Origin: Clostridia bacterium
GTDB lineage: Bacteria > Bacillota > Clostridia > JAAYHZ01
Length of the DNA stretch: 64,000 bases
Reading direction: 5' to 3'
NCBI GenBank assembly: GCA_050950825.1
Contig: JBMNIH010000003.1
Location: 1-64,000 of the forward strand
Shown here: positions 31,195-42,158 of the stretch, piece after piece
How positions within the stretch are numbered: the stretch's first letter is position 1
How the letters are laid out: the number at the start of each line of letters is the position of its first letter
Position numbers and translations under genes: made by a program
The notes under the pieces: model-generated
The model's input: the letters and a program-made list of their open reading frames with translations, nothing else
What the model was told of the DNA's origin: nothing
Database searches by the model: none

Positions 31195-31562
31195 CTTTCT
31201 CCCTTGAGAATATTAAAAAGTTCAGGAAGTTCATCTAAGCTTGTACTTCTAAGAAATCTACCGAACTGAGTAAGTCTAACACTATCAGGAAGTAGCTCTC
31301 CTTGCTCATCTTTTTCATTTGTCATGGTTCTAAACTTATACAATGTAAATATTCTTTCATTAAGTCCTGGTCTCTTCTGTTTAAAGATAACAGGACTTCC
31401 AAGCTTAATTTTAACTAATATTGCTATTACCAACATAATAGGTGTAAGCAATATAATAGTAATAAATGACAAAACAACATCCATTAATCTTTTGAAATAT
31501 CTTCGGTATAGTCCACCTTTTATGTTTGAGCTACTTTTATTCGGTGTTATTTTGATTTTCAA
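31195..31562 (-). pseudogene. Resident priming glycosyltransferase, 5' half, interrupted at KGE|MS
   Basis: KRLMDV, QKRPG, YKFRTM, LDELPELFNILKGE, then unrelated sequence; GPRP half is missing. Confidence 0.88.
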
Positions 31563-31590
31563 TATTATCTCCTCACGCTTCAGTAGTTAA

Positions 31591-32697
31591 TCATAAATTT
31601 TTGATAATACTGCATACCCTTTCTAAATCATCATCTGTCATTTTAGTGTCACTAGGTAAGCATACACCATTTTCAAAGATCTTTTCAGATACACCTTTGC
31701 TAATGAAATCATAACTTGCAAACACAGGTTGCATATGCATAGGCTTCCATATAGGTCTTGATTCAATATTTTCTCTTTCAAGAGCTTCAATTATATCTAT
31801 CGGACTGACTTTTCCACTAAGTGTTATGCACGTAAGCCAGTAGTTAGGTTCATTCCATTCATTAATAGGCATAAACTTTATTCCTTTAAGTCCATTAAGT
31901 TCCCTCTTGTAAAACTCAAAGATATATTTTTTCTTTGCAATCCTTTGTTCTAATACTTTTAGTTGACCTCTACCTATTCCTGCAACTATATTGCTCATTC
32001 TATAGTTATAGCCTAGTTCGCTATGTTGGTAATGTCTTGCTTTGTCTCGTGCTTGTGTAGCCCAAAATCGTACTTTAGCAATTCTTTCTTCGTTATTGGA
32101 AACCAACATCCCTCCACCGGATGTAGTAATAATCTTATTTCCGTTAAAGCTAAATATTCCATAGTCCCCAAATGTGCCGGTATATTTACCTTTATAGGTG
32201 GTCCCAAGTGATTCTGCAGCATCTTCAATTAACGTCACATTATGTTTTTTGCATAATTCTATAATAGGATCCAAATCTGCAGAAAGGCCATACAGGTGAA
32301 CAACAATAACTGCCTTTACATTTGGATATTTCTCGAAAGCTTCCTCTAGAGCTTTCGGGTCCATATTCCATGTTTCATAATTACTATCTATAAAAACAGG
32401 AACTGCATTTTGATAAATAATCGGATTTGCCGTTGCAGAGAAAGTTAAGTCCTGACAGAAAACGATGTCACCTTGACTTACCCCGGCCGCCTTCAATGCC
32501 ATATGCATTGCAGCAGTTCCCGATACTAATGCTGCCGCATGTTTTGCTCCTATCTTAGAAGCAAGTTCTCTTTCGAAACCATCAACATTAGCTCCTAAAG
32601 GCGCTATCCAATTGGTATCAAACGCTTCTTTTATGTATTCTAATTCATATCCTTCATCGCTCATATGGGGTGATGAAAGCCATATTTTTGATGACAT
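31591..32697 (-). CDS. DegT/DnrJ PLP sugar aminotransferase (PglE/EpsN-like), copy 1
   Basis: IWLSSPHM, EDAAESLG, SFNGNKIITTSGGG. Confidence 0.92.
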   Translation of the reverse strand: MSSKIWLSSPHMSDEGYELEYIKEAFDTNWIAPLGANVDGFERELASKIGAKHAAALVSGTAAMHMALKAAGVSQGDIVFCQDLTFSATANPIIYQNAVPVFIDSNYETWNMDPKALEEAFEKYPNVKAVIVVHLYGLSADLDPIIELCKKHNVTLIEDAAESLGTTYKGKYTGTFGDYGIFSFNGNKIITTSGGGMLVSNNEERIAKVRFWATQARDKARHYQHSELGYNYRMSNIVAGIGRGQLKVLEQRIAKKKYIFEFYKRELNGLKGIKFMPINEWNEPNYWLTCITLSGKVSPIDIIEALERENIESRPIWKPMHMQPVFASYDFISKGVSEKIFENGVCLPSDTKMTDDDLERVCSIIKNL

Positions 32698-32949
32698 AAT
32701 ACTCCCCCTCAAAATAACTAATAACTATTGCTAATAAACATAGCTTCGCCCTTTTCGTCCGACATTATCTTTGTCGCACTATACAGGTTTAGCTATGCAT
32801 TCGCATATGAAAACAACCACGCTCTAGGCGGTGAGTCGTTCATATGGATTTTGTATTTAGTAAAAGATTTCTCCTTTATGAAAATCAATATGGTAAATAA
32901 ATAAATTATCTATTACTTAAACTTATAGCTAATAGCTAATATTTCATTT

Positions 32950-34812
32950 CTACACAACCTTTTCTACAGGTTGATGATATGTAGGAACCAGAGCTTGTAC
33001 CTTCTTCTTTATATCCTCAGCCTTAGGTTGTTTTTCTAATTCAATACGTAACTGTTCAAGCTTTTGTTTTAATAAGGCGAAGTCACAATATAGAGGCTTT
33101 GCTATGAATATCTTATTATTCTTCGTAGATTGCAAGCCTTCTTCGGCCATAAGTAGCTCTTCATAAAGCTTTTCTCCCGGTCTTAATCCGGTGATTTCTA
33201 TCTGAATATCTTCATAAGGCCTGTAACCGGAAAGTCTTATCATGTTTTTTGCTAAATCTATGATCTTCATAGGCTGTCCCATATCCAGAACGAAGATTTC
33301 TCCTCCTTTTGCCATGGCTGCCGCTTGAAGTACTAATGAGACTGCTTCCGGAATGGTCATAAAAAATCTCGTTACCTCAGGATGAGTAACGGTAACCGGT
33401 CCACCTTCTTCAATCTGCTTTTTGAATAAAGGTATCACACTGCCATTGCTTCCTAATACGTTACCAAATCTCACAGCTACATAATCCGTATTGCTGCGTT
33501 CGTTGAGCCCTTGAACTATCATCTCTGCAATACGTTTGGTAGCTCCCATCACGTTTGTGGGATTTACTGCTTTATCCGTAGAAATGAGTACAAATCTCTT
33601 TGTTCCATACTTATCAGCGCACATGGCAACGTTTAAAGTACCGAAAACATTGTTCTTAATGGCTTCACAAGGGTGATCTTCCATTAAAGGCACATGCTTG
33701 TGAGCTGCCGCATGATAAACAATATCCGGCCTATGGGTCTTGAATATCTGTTCCATTCTACTTAAGTCACGAATATTCGCTACAACTGCATCGATCTCAA
33801 GTTCCGGATGCTTTCTTTTCAGTTCACCATGGATCCAGAAAAGATTGTTTTCATAGTTGTCTAGAATAATTAATCTTTTAGGATTAAACGAAGCAATTTG
33901 GGTACATAGCTCGGAACCTATAGACCCGCCTCCTCCGGTTACCAAGATGGTTTGATTGGCTATATAACTGCAAATTTCCGCTAAATCCGTCACAATCGGT
34001 TCTCTTCCTAACAGGTCTTCTATATTAACATCCCTGACTTTGCTCATCATGACGGACCCGTCTATAAGCTGTGTAACGGAAGGCAGTATCCTAACTTTAC
34101 AGTGTTTACATTCAATGGAAGCACAGTGTTCATATATCTTATTCAATTCACTTGGTTTCGCAGAAGGAATAGCAATGATTATTTCATCTACTTTTTTCTT
34201 TAGAATGATCTCATTGATTTTTTCTAAGTTTCCCACTACCGGGATTCCGTTAATTACTTTACCTATCTTTTCAGGGTTTTCGTCAACAAATGCAACAGGT
34301 TTACTTTGAAGTTCCTTATGGGATAACATTTCTCGCGCTATGGTAACTCCCGCTTCACCGGCACCAATGATAAGTATTCTTTTTGCATTGTTTAAAGAAA
34401 GAGATTTGTTATCACGTAATCTTCTGCCGATACGAAAAGCAATCCTTGATCCTCCAATGAAAAATACATCCAGCATGGCAGTAATAATGAATATGCTTCT
34501 TGGAGAAATAGACCGGATAAAAAAGATATATATGAATAACAAACCATTGGATACGGCAGAAGCCATGATAACGGTTAAGAATTCATATATACTGGCATAC
34601 TTCCACAGATTATGATAAAGTTTGAAAAAAGAAAATACGAGTAATTTTAGAACAACATTAACAGTCAAAAGAATGGGTATGTACTCGAAGAATAAGTCCG
34701 GTATAGACTCCAAACCAAATTCAAAACGAATCGCATAGGCAAGTGAGAACGATATCGTCAATAAAAGGATGTCTAATAATACCAATAACGCTGATTTGAC
34801 TCTTTTCTTCAT
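32950..34812 (-). CDS. capD: Membrane-anchored UDP-GlcNAc 4,6-dehydratase (CapD/PglF/EpsC family)
   Basis: N-terminal TMs; VTGGGGSIGSEL, HAAAHKHVP, STDKAVNPTNVMGATK, RFGNVLGS. Confidence 0.92.
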   Translation of the reverse strand: MKKRVKSALLVLLDILLLTISFSLAYAIRFEFGLESIPDLFFEYIPILLTVNVVLKLLVFSFFKLYHNLWKYASIYEFLTVIMASAVSNGLLFIYIFFIRSISPRSIFIITAMLDVFFIGGSRIAFRIGRRLRDNKSLSLNNAKRILIIGAGEAGVTIAREMLSHKELQSKPVAFVDENPEKIGKVINGIPVVGNLEKINEIILKKKVDEIIIAIPSAKPSELNKIYEHCASIECKHCKVRILPSVTQLIDGSVMMSKVRDVNIEDLLGREPIVTDLAEICSYIANQTILVTGGGGSIGSELCTQIASFNPKRLIILDNYENNLFWIHGELKRKHPELEIDAVVANIRDLSRMEQIFKTHRPDIVYHAAAHKHVPLMEDHPCEAIKNNVFGTLNVAMCADKYGTKRFVLISTDKAVNPTNVMGATKRIAEMIVQGLNERSNTDYVAVRFGNVLGSNGSVIPLFKKQIEEGGPVTVTHPEVTRFFMTIPEAVSLVLQAAAMAKGGEIFVLDMGQPMKIIDLAKNMIRLSGYRPYEDIQIEITGLRPGEKLYEELLMAEEGLQSTKNNKIFIAKPLYCDFALLKQKLEQLRIELEKQPKAEDIKKKVQALVPTYHQPVEKVV

Positions 34813-35013
34813 AATTCTACACCAAACTAATTTTGTTTAAAAAATCAAATAATTTTAATCACTAGAAGATAAAATAATTTAATACAAATGTGATTGCTTT
34901 TAATCTCTCTTTATATCTATAATAACATATAAATTATGTCATCTATATATTTTTTCGATCTTTACTTTTTCTCGATCCCTCATTAACCTCCCTGAATTAA
35001 ATTAAACTTCTAC

Positions 35014-35805
35014 TTAACTATCATCGTTTTCATTATTGTAGTAGTAATAATTGTAGTTGTAGTTCTTGTAATAATAGTAGTATCCGCTCACACCTTTTTC
35101 GAGCTTGGTTATGACTACACCTAGAATCTTAGCATCTACATTAGTCAATGCTTGTTTGGCATGAAGAGCCATTTCAATTTCTGTCTCTCCGGATGACACA
35201 ACTAACACAACACCATTTGCCTGCTTACCTAAAATAGCCGCATCGGTTAAAGAAGCGACCGGAGGAGTGTCTAGTATCACCAAATCATATTCCTTCTGCA
35301 CTTGCTTTAAAAAGTTTTCCATCTTCTTAGAAGCAAGTACTTCCGTCGGATTCGGCGGTATAAACCCGCTGGTGATTACCCACAAGTTATCTATTAAAGG
35401 AACCTTCTTTACAAATTCAGTTGAAGGCATTCCTTCTACGATCATATCGTTTAATATATGGGTTAAACCGATGTCGTTGTTTAAACCGAAGTTTTTATGA
35501 AGCCTCGGCTTTCTCAGGTCGCAGTCAATCATTAAAACTTTCTTATCAATTTTTGCCATAGTAATGGCAAAATTGGATGCAACCGTGGTCTTCCCGTCAA
35601 ATGGCCCGGGGCTGGTTATCACCAGCATCTTTAAATCATGATCGATATCGGCAAAGCCGATATTCGTTCTCAGGCTTCGAAAGGCCTCCGCGGCAGGAGA
35701 TTTCGGGTCATGATATGTAATAAGGTTCGGACTGAGCTTTCCTAACCTACTTGCCGTTCGGTCGGAACGATAAGGATGCAATTGCTTTACGTTTACGACT
35801 TCCAT
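35014..35805 (-). CDS. cpsD: BY-kinase (CpsD/CapB)
   Basis: EAFRSLRTN, Walker A DGKTT, DCDLRKP, DTPP; Tyr-rich tail. Confidence 0.92.
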   Translation of the reverse strand: MEVVNVKQLHPYRSDRTASRLGKLSPNLITYHDPKSPAAEAFRSLRTNIGFADIDHDLKMLVITSPGPFDGKTTVASNFAITMAKIDKKVLMIDCDLRKPRLHKNFGLNNDIGLTHILNDMIVEGMPSTEFVKKVPLIDNLWVITSGFIPPNPTEVLASKKMENFLKQVQKEYDLVILDTPPVASLTDAAILGKQANGVVLVVSSGETEIEMALHAKQALTNVDAKILGVVITKLEKGVSGYYYYYKNYNYNYYYYNNENDDS

Positions 35806-36523
35806 TTTGACCTTGTCTCCTTTCACCTTCGAACGCCGGTATTTCACCTAATATACTAAGACCTAAATACTTTTGTACGTCTTCCGCATTTTTAATGGTG
35901 TTATCAAAATACTCTGCTGCAATTATAATACCTATACCTACCATTAATCCTATAACTCCTGCAATCGCAATGTTCATCTTTTTGTTCGGCTTAATCGGAC
36001 TTGTAGGAACTTCAGCATCATCTACCACTCTTACATTTTCTACATCAACTATCTCAGCAGCTTTAATAATGATTACTTGCGACATCTCATTGACAACATC
36101 AGCCGCAAATTCCGGGTCCGTAGACTCAAAGCTGATTTTAAACATTCGGGAGTTGCTGACGGTAGAAACATCTAACCTCTTCTGCAAATACTCCGGTTTT
36201 ACCTCTAGGTCCAAACGCTTAATCACTTCGTTAGCAGCCGTTCTGCTCTTGATGATTTCTCTGTAGTCCATCACCAATCTTTCGTTTACTTGCATTTGTG
36301 CAATGCTATAAGGATCATCTTCTTCTCCCGGTTCTTTACCTACAAACAGCAAAGCATTGGCGCTGTAGACAGGATCCGCTATCAAATAGGAATATATCGT
36401 AGCACCTATAACGGCAACGATAAAACATATGGCGATAATCCACCATTTTATTCTTAACAAATAAATGATTTCTCGTAGGTTAATATCTTGTTCGTACGTT
36501 ACTAATTGAGCATCATTTTCCAT
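35747..36523 (-). CDS. cpsC: Chain-length regulator (Wzz/CpsC/CapA)
   Basis: Two TMs; PxY motif; PIKPN, DNTIK. Confidence 0.88.
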   Translation of the reverse strand: MENDAQLVTYEQDINLREIIYLLRIKWWIIAICFIVAVIGATIYSYLIADPVYSANALLFVGKEPGEEDDPYSIAQMQVNERLVMDYREIIKSRTAANEVIKRLDLEVKPEYLQKRLDVSTVSNSRMFKISFESTDPEFAADVVNEMSQVIIIKAAEIVDVENVRVVDDAEVPTSPIKPNKKMNIAIAGVIGLMVGIGIIIAAEYFDNTIKNAEDVQKYLGLSILGEIPAFEGERRQGQNGSRKRKAIASLSFRPNGK

Positions 36524-36572
36524 ATGAATCTCCTAACCATAAAACCGGTTTAAAATAACTCGTTACTAAAAA

Positions 36573-37379
36573 TCAAAAATCCAAATGTTTTTTCCCGCCA
36601 CCTAAGAAGGGCAAAAAAGCAAAAGTTTTTGTTCGTGCAGGTGGTTCCGCTTTGTATTTTGGCAATAACTCTTCGTTTTGCAGGATCTTTTCTGCGTTTT
36701 CATCAAAAATCTCTTGGGCTTTCTTTTTCCCAACCCACTGCTCTGTCAATTCAAAAGCTTTGCTTAGTCGAGGTGCTCTCACTCTTTTGGAATGACAATC
36801 GGAACCAATAAAATGAACCCAATTCTTCTCCATAAACCGTTTTGTCAACTCCTGCATCTTCGTTCCCGTCATTCCGTTAACTGACAAGGCATTGACTTGC
36901 ACCAAACATCCCATTTCTATGTAGCGGTACAAAATTTCCGGTTCACGTTGTATGGGTCCATACCTTTCAGGATGAGCTAGAATCACCCGGTAGCCTTGTT
37001 CAAAAAGAGCGTAAAGCACATTCTCCGTATAGCTTGGCACTACATCCATCGGCAGTTCCACTAACACATAGTTGCTATCCGCTAAGGTCAAGCAATGTCC
37101 TTGCCGAAGGCTTGAAGACAAGTAATAATCCATGTACAACTCGTTCCCTGAGAACAATCGGATTTCCATTCCCTCATCTTCTATCAATGATTGAATTGTA
37201 TTTAATCTATTCTCAATATCTTCTTCATCATATTCCGTCGAGCCGTATATGTAATGGGGGGTTGTTATCATCTTTTTGATGCCGTCTTCTTCCGCTATAC
37301 GCAGCATCTCCAAGGTTTCTTCCAAATCTTCCGCCCCATCGTCAAGACCGTAGAGAATATGACTGTGTATATCGATCAT
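36573..37379 (-). CDS. cpsB: PHP-family tyrosine phosphatase (CpsB/CapC)
   Basis: MIDIHSHIL..DDG, TPH, AHPERY, SDCH. Confidence 0.92.
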   Translation of the reverse strand: MIDIHSHILYGLDDGAEDLEETLEMLRIAEEDGIKKMITTPHYIYGSTEYDEEDIENRLNTIQSLIEDEGMEIRLFSGNELYMDYYLSSSLRQGHCLTLADSNYVLVELPMDVVPSYTENVLYALFEQGYRVILAHPERYGPIQREPEILYRYIEMGCLVQVNALSVNGMTGTKMQELTKRFMEKNWVHFIGSDCHSKRVRAPRLSKAFELTEQWVGKKKAQEIFDENAEKILQNEELLPKYKAEPPARTKTFAFLPFLGGGKKHLDF

Positions 37380-37632
37380 ACATTCTCCCGCCTGTAAGGA
37401 CTAATGCAACCAATTATAAACATAACATCCGGCTACAGTTGCCATTTACTATGCGATCTAATAGTGTTTTAAGGGTAACACAAAAAAAGACAAATTGCAA
37501 GATAGATACAAGGATAAAAGTCAAAAATTGACCAAAATTTTGTATCAAAATTTTAAAAAAATTCGAAATTACTAAATTGTACCGTGCTTTATTTCGCTAT
37601 TGTATTATCGCTTTTATCCGATACATTGTTGT

Positions 37633-38409
37633 TTATTCTTCCTCGGTATAATATTCATAATTATAGTAATTATAATAACTTCCGGACTTTTTATTGATTT
37701 TCGTTAAGACCACTCCCAATATGTTCGCCTTTACATTCGTCAATGCTTGTTTTGCACTCAAAGCTCCTTGGATGCTGGTCTCACCGGATGCTAAAACCAA
37801 TAAAACCCCGTCTGCGAACTTCGAAATAATGGCAGCATCCGTCAGCTGTGCTACCGGAGGCGTGTCAATAACGATAATGTCGAAGTGTTTTTTTATTTGA
37901 TCCAATAGATTCTTAAATTTTTTCGAAGAAAGCATCTCTGTCGGATTCGGCGGAGTAAAACCGGCGGTTAAAACAAACAAATTTTCTACCTCCGGTATCG
38001 CTTTTATAATATTCAGCAACGACAGATCGTCAAAAACCATATCCGCCAAAATATGAGTCAGCCCTATATCATTGCCGATTCCAAAATTTCGGTGAACTCT
38101 CGGTTTTCTTAAATCGCATTCCATTAATAGAACCTTCTTGTTCACCTTCGCCATGGCGATGGCGAAGTTACTTGCTACGGTAGACTTTCCGTCGGTAGGT
38201 TCCGGGCTGGTAAAGACAATGGTTTTTAACTCATTATCAATACTCGCAAACCCTATATTCGTCCTTAATGTCCGAAAAGCTTCCGCAGCAGGAGATTTCG
38301 GATCATAATACGTAATGAGATTTTTCGAAAGCTCTCCTTTTCTCACACGTTTTTTTGAAACTACTTGCTCCATGTCAAATGTCCTTCTGTCCTTTACTAA
38401 ACTCATCAT
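37633..38409 (-). CDS. Second, stand-alone BY-kinase (CpsD/CapB)
   Basis: EAFRTLRTN, DGKST, DTPP; Tyr-rich tail. Confidence 0.9.
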   Translation of the reverse strand: MMSLVKDRRTFDMEQVVSKKRVRKGELSKNLITYYDPKSPAAEAFRTLRTNIGFASIDNELKTIVFTSPEPTDGKSTVASNFAIAMAKVNKKVLLMECDLRKPRVHRNFGIGNDIGLTHILADMVFDDLSLLNIIKAIPEVENLFVLTAGFTPPNPTEMLSSKKFKNLLDQIKKHFDIIVIDTPPVAQLTDAAIISKFADGVLLVLASGETSIQGALSAKQALTNVKANILGVVLTKINKKSGSYYNYYNYEYYTEEE

Positions 38410-39473
38410 TTTGTATGTATCTTTATCCCCCTGTTCCCTTTGTTAATCTATATATTTCGTTGATAATAACGTCCAAAAAGAAACCGGTCTTAAAACCGGC
38501 ATGAACTATTGTATAAAATTAGTTTGGCATATCTTACGTTATTAATACATACGGTTTTAATGGGTATAAGTGTTACAAAGCTTTTGTATGTTTCTTCGTC
38601 CTTTATGTGTTTAGACTAATAAACACTCCTTCGGCTGTACCGTTTTGTTTCAAATAGCCGATGTTGCCCTGTTTATATCATTCAGCCTACTTGACCCTTC
38701 TTGTGCCTTTCCAAATATCTTCAAAAGGTTGTCATTTTATTTATCGACTCCTCAGGACCAAAAAAACTCGGCTGATGATATATCGTTCATTTTCTTCGTA
38801 AACTTTAATATTATTTTTGTCAAAGATCATTTTTTTATTATCAACAGGATGCAAAAGGGATTTGTTTATAATTATTCGAATCATTTTTGTAGATTTTATG
38901 GTCATAGTTTAATTTTCTCTTAAATTCGTAGCAAAACCTAAAATTTATCCAAATCATTGTCAACTCTTTCATTGCAATCGCTAAAAAACGACAACATACG
39001 AAGTATGAATCCGGATTCTTCTTGCCTTCATTTCTTAGCTTTTGTCCGTTTATAATCAATTTTCCACTGCCTTTATACAACTCTTTGGTAATACCAATAT
39101 TAAAAAGGCTCAAAATCATCCTCTTCTTTCATTTCTTTATCCATGGCTCCCGTTAAAGAGAATAGCCATTCTATTCCCGGATCACATTGTTGACTTATCG
39201 TAAGCTGTCGTTTTTCTAATCGACTAAGGTTTTGATTATATATATTTTTTGACCTCGAATAGATAGATATGCCGGTATCCATACCGGATACCCTTCCGCT
39301 GTTTTATTTGCACTTGTTAATTCCATGATGTGATTGTCATAGGCCGGGTGCCGCCTCATGCAAAATATCCAAAAAAACAGGCCGGCATGGCCGGCCCTAA
39401 CCGTAAATAATATTATTACAGCTGCTACACCATCTAACAAAGATTAACGACGATACTTCGAATTGTAGGTATA

Positions 39474-39750
39474 TTACCTTAGCAATTGAAGAATCGTCCG
39501 GGGAGTTTGATTGGCTCGTGTTAACATAGCAGTAGCCGTGTACTTAAAATGTTGTTTTTCGTAAACACCATCATTTCATTTGCCATATCCACGCCACGAA
39601 TACGGCTTTCAACGGCTTGCCGGTTTTTCTTGCGAATGATCAGGCTGTTGATCATGTGCTCTAATCGGTTTTGATAAGCACCTTGATTTGTACATTCGGT
39701 AGAAACGGCATTAATGGAATTGTTAACGAAAATAATGGCTGCTTTAACAC
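39474..39750 (-). pseudogene. fliC: Flagellin C-terminal remnant
   Basis: GAYQNRLEH, ESRIRGVDMANEM..FTKNNIL, then frameshifted AMLTRANQTPRTILQLLR*. Confidence 0.85.
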
Positions 39751-40345
39751 TCATAAATGTCTTCCGGTGTCCTAGCCGCAATATTATGGCTAAAATTTCC
39801 GGTCAAATAAGTGTATTCGCAATATATATCGTGAAAAATGAATAAAACTATAGGAATAATACTTCCGGTCGCTCATATTGATAGGTATTTATGTATGATC
39901 CATTTTCTTTTTTCATTTTTACTTTCTATGATGGGTTTAAATAGGAGAAATAGACTTTCTTATAGCACGTCTTAAACTATTGGGATAAGAAGTACAGAGT
40001 TTTTTGCCTGAATTTTTGCAGCAAAGAAATGTATTTACCGGATTCACTGTTAAATAGTAGCATAATTAAATATACAAGTTGTGTAGATGAAAAAATAGTA
40101 AACAAATCCATATAAATAATGAGATATATTGAGAATAGTCGAGAAAAGATGAGTATTATGTATATAATTAAAAAATATGATTATTTATAAATTTTACGCA
40201 TAATAATTAATAATGATAAACTATGAACACCATATTTTGAATTCCTCTATACTATAGGCAGTTATGTCGATATTATATAAATTCTCACATTATTAACCCG
40301 GTTTTTCCGGTCGGCATACTACAATTTTTTTATGGAGGTATAATT

Positions 40346-42103
40346 ATGAAGAGATTAGCTTGTCTAATCATGGTCGTGGCATTGGTTCTGTCTTTTGCTT
40401 CGTGTGCAAAGGAAGAAAAAAAGCCTGAAGGAACAACAGCTACCGAAACACAAGAGAACCCCTTCAAAGAGCATTTCACAATTACTTATCTCATCGACTA
40501 TAACTACCAGTATGAAGGGGAAAGATGGGATGAACTGGAACTCGAAGAGAAGTTCAACATTGATTTGGTCGTACCGACGGTCGAATGGAACCAGCAGGGT
40601 TTAACAGAGCATTTGTTTGCCATGTTAGCCTCGGGAGATGTTCCGGATATGGCATGGTATCCTCCGGTTGACCGATATTGGGCGTACGAAGAAGGATTAC
40701 ACCGCTCGGTGAACATGGATATGGTCAAGGAGTATATGCCCTCTTACTACGCGCTTTTAGAGCAATACCCGGGAGCTTTTACCGTTAACCTAATCGAGGG
40801 CACCGAAAACGAATATGTCGGTCTTTCCATGGTAACCGGCTTAGCCGAATGGTGTTATTTCAATTACGGCCTCAGGTTAGACTGGCTCGAAAAGTTAGGC
40901 TATGAATTCAATGATCTTGTGGAATGGGTACCTCAATCCGCTTATGACGGAAAAGGAGATTTTGCAGGCAGAATGTACTTTTCTAACAGAAGATTTACAT
41001 ACGACGAATTCCTGCATATGAATCGTGCATTTACGGAGGATGACCCGGACGGTGACGGACAAGACAACACCTACTTCGCCATCGACCTCGGATTTCATAT
41101 GCACAGCTGGTTGACATTAGGTACATTTGGAATGGCCGGAAATAACCCAACCTATTTGTATAAAGACAAGCTAACCGGAGATATCGTTCCCTATTACGCT
41201 TTTGAAGGATATTGTGATTTTCTGCAATGGCGCAAGGAAGCATTGGAAAAAGGCTATATCCGAAAACTGCCCGGACAAGAGGCTTGGCTGTCTGAAAAGA
41301 AGATGATCAACAACATGGGAGTTCACGGATTCTACGAATTCGACAAGCAGTTCATATTCAGTGCGGATGTAGAAGTATCTTTGACCATCAATCCTCCGGG
41401 TCCCCTGTTGTTAAAAGACTCCGAAGCAAAGATCCTATTCTTCCCCGGTTTTGAAGGGCCCATGGGTATCGGCGGAAATTCCCGCTACCGTATGCACCCT
41501 GTAACAGGTGCATCATGGACATTCGGTGCCGGCGTATCCGATGAAAAGCTGATTCGTATTCTTCAATTTATGGAATACACTCATTTTGACAGCAGAGAAA
41601 CTTATCTGCGTTATCAATACGGAATCGAAGGAATCCATTGGAAATGGGAAGGCGAACCGTACAAGAGCTCTATTTTCCGATTTGGCGATGACCAGATACC
41701 GGAAGAATATCGGACTCCTGCCGTCATGTTCCGCTTTAATTCTAACAAGTTCTTGATGGACATGGAATTATTCACATCAGGAACCTACTTTAATAACTTC
41801 TATCAACGGTTTAAGGAAGCGAACAATTGGGACCAATACCTCATATGGCCTGATAAAATTATTGACCGTATGTGGATGACGGACGAAACATGGGAAGTCT
41901 ACGATAAATTGAACCAAGAATACAGCAGCAGTATAGACGCTGTTCGCAATGATTTTTATAATCGCGTCGACAAAGGACAAGTTGCGGACATTAACGCCGA
42001 ATGGCAAGCCTATATTGAAGCGTTGTATAGTGCAGGCTTAGGTGAAATTATCGAAAAAGTATTTAACAACGACGAAGGATTTGTGATCTTCCAACACGGA
42101 TAA
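40346..42103 (+). CDS. Extracellular solute-binding lipoprotein (carbohydrate ABC type)
   Basis: Lipobox FASC; MLASGDVPD, RLDWLEKLG, DPDGDG.D, YGIEGIHW. Confidence 0.85.
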   Translation: MKRLACLIMVVALVLSFASCAKEEKKPEGTTATETQENPFKEHFTITYLIDYNYQYEGERWDELELEEKFNIDLVVPTVEWNQQGLTEHLFAMLASGDVPDMAWYPPVDRYWAYEEGLHRSVNMDMVKEYMPSYYALLEQYPGAFTVNLIEGTENEYVGLSMVTGLAEWCYFNYGLRLDWLEKLGYEFNDLVEWVPQSAYDGKGDFAGRMYFSNRRFTYDEFLHMNRAFTEDDPDGDGQDNTYFAIDLGFHMHSWLTLGTFGMAGNNPTYLYKDKLTGDIVPYYAFEGYCDFLQWRKEALEKGYIRKLPGQEAWLSEKKMINNMGVHGFYEFDKQFIFSADVEVSLTINPPGPLLLKDSEAKILFFPGFEGPMGIGGNSRYRMHPVTGASWTFGAGVSDEKLIRILQFMEYTHFDSRETYLRYQYGIEGIHWKWEGEPYKSSIFRFGDDQIPEEYRTPAVMFRFNSNKFLMDMELFTSGTYFNNFYQRFKEANNWDQYLIWPDKIIDRMWMTDETWEVYDKLNQEYSSSIDAVRNDFYNRVDKGQVADINAEWQAYIEALYSAGLGEIIEKVFNNDEGFVIFQHG

Positions 42104-42129
42104 TAAGTTGATTATAAGATGATTATAAT

Positions 42130-42158
42130 GTGAAGGCGAACACGAGGTTCGCCTTCAC
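42130..42158. terminator. Stem-loop between convergent genes
   Basis: GTGAAGGCGAAC / GTTCGCCTTCAC. Confidence 0.7.
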
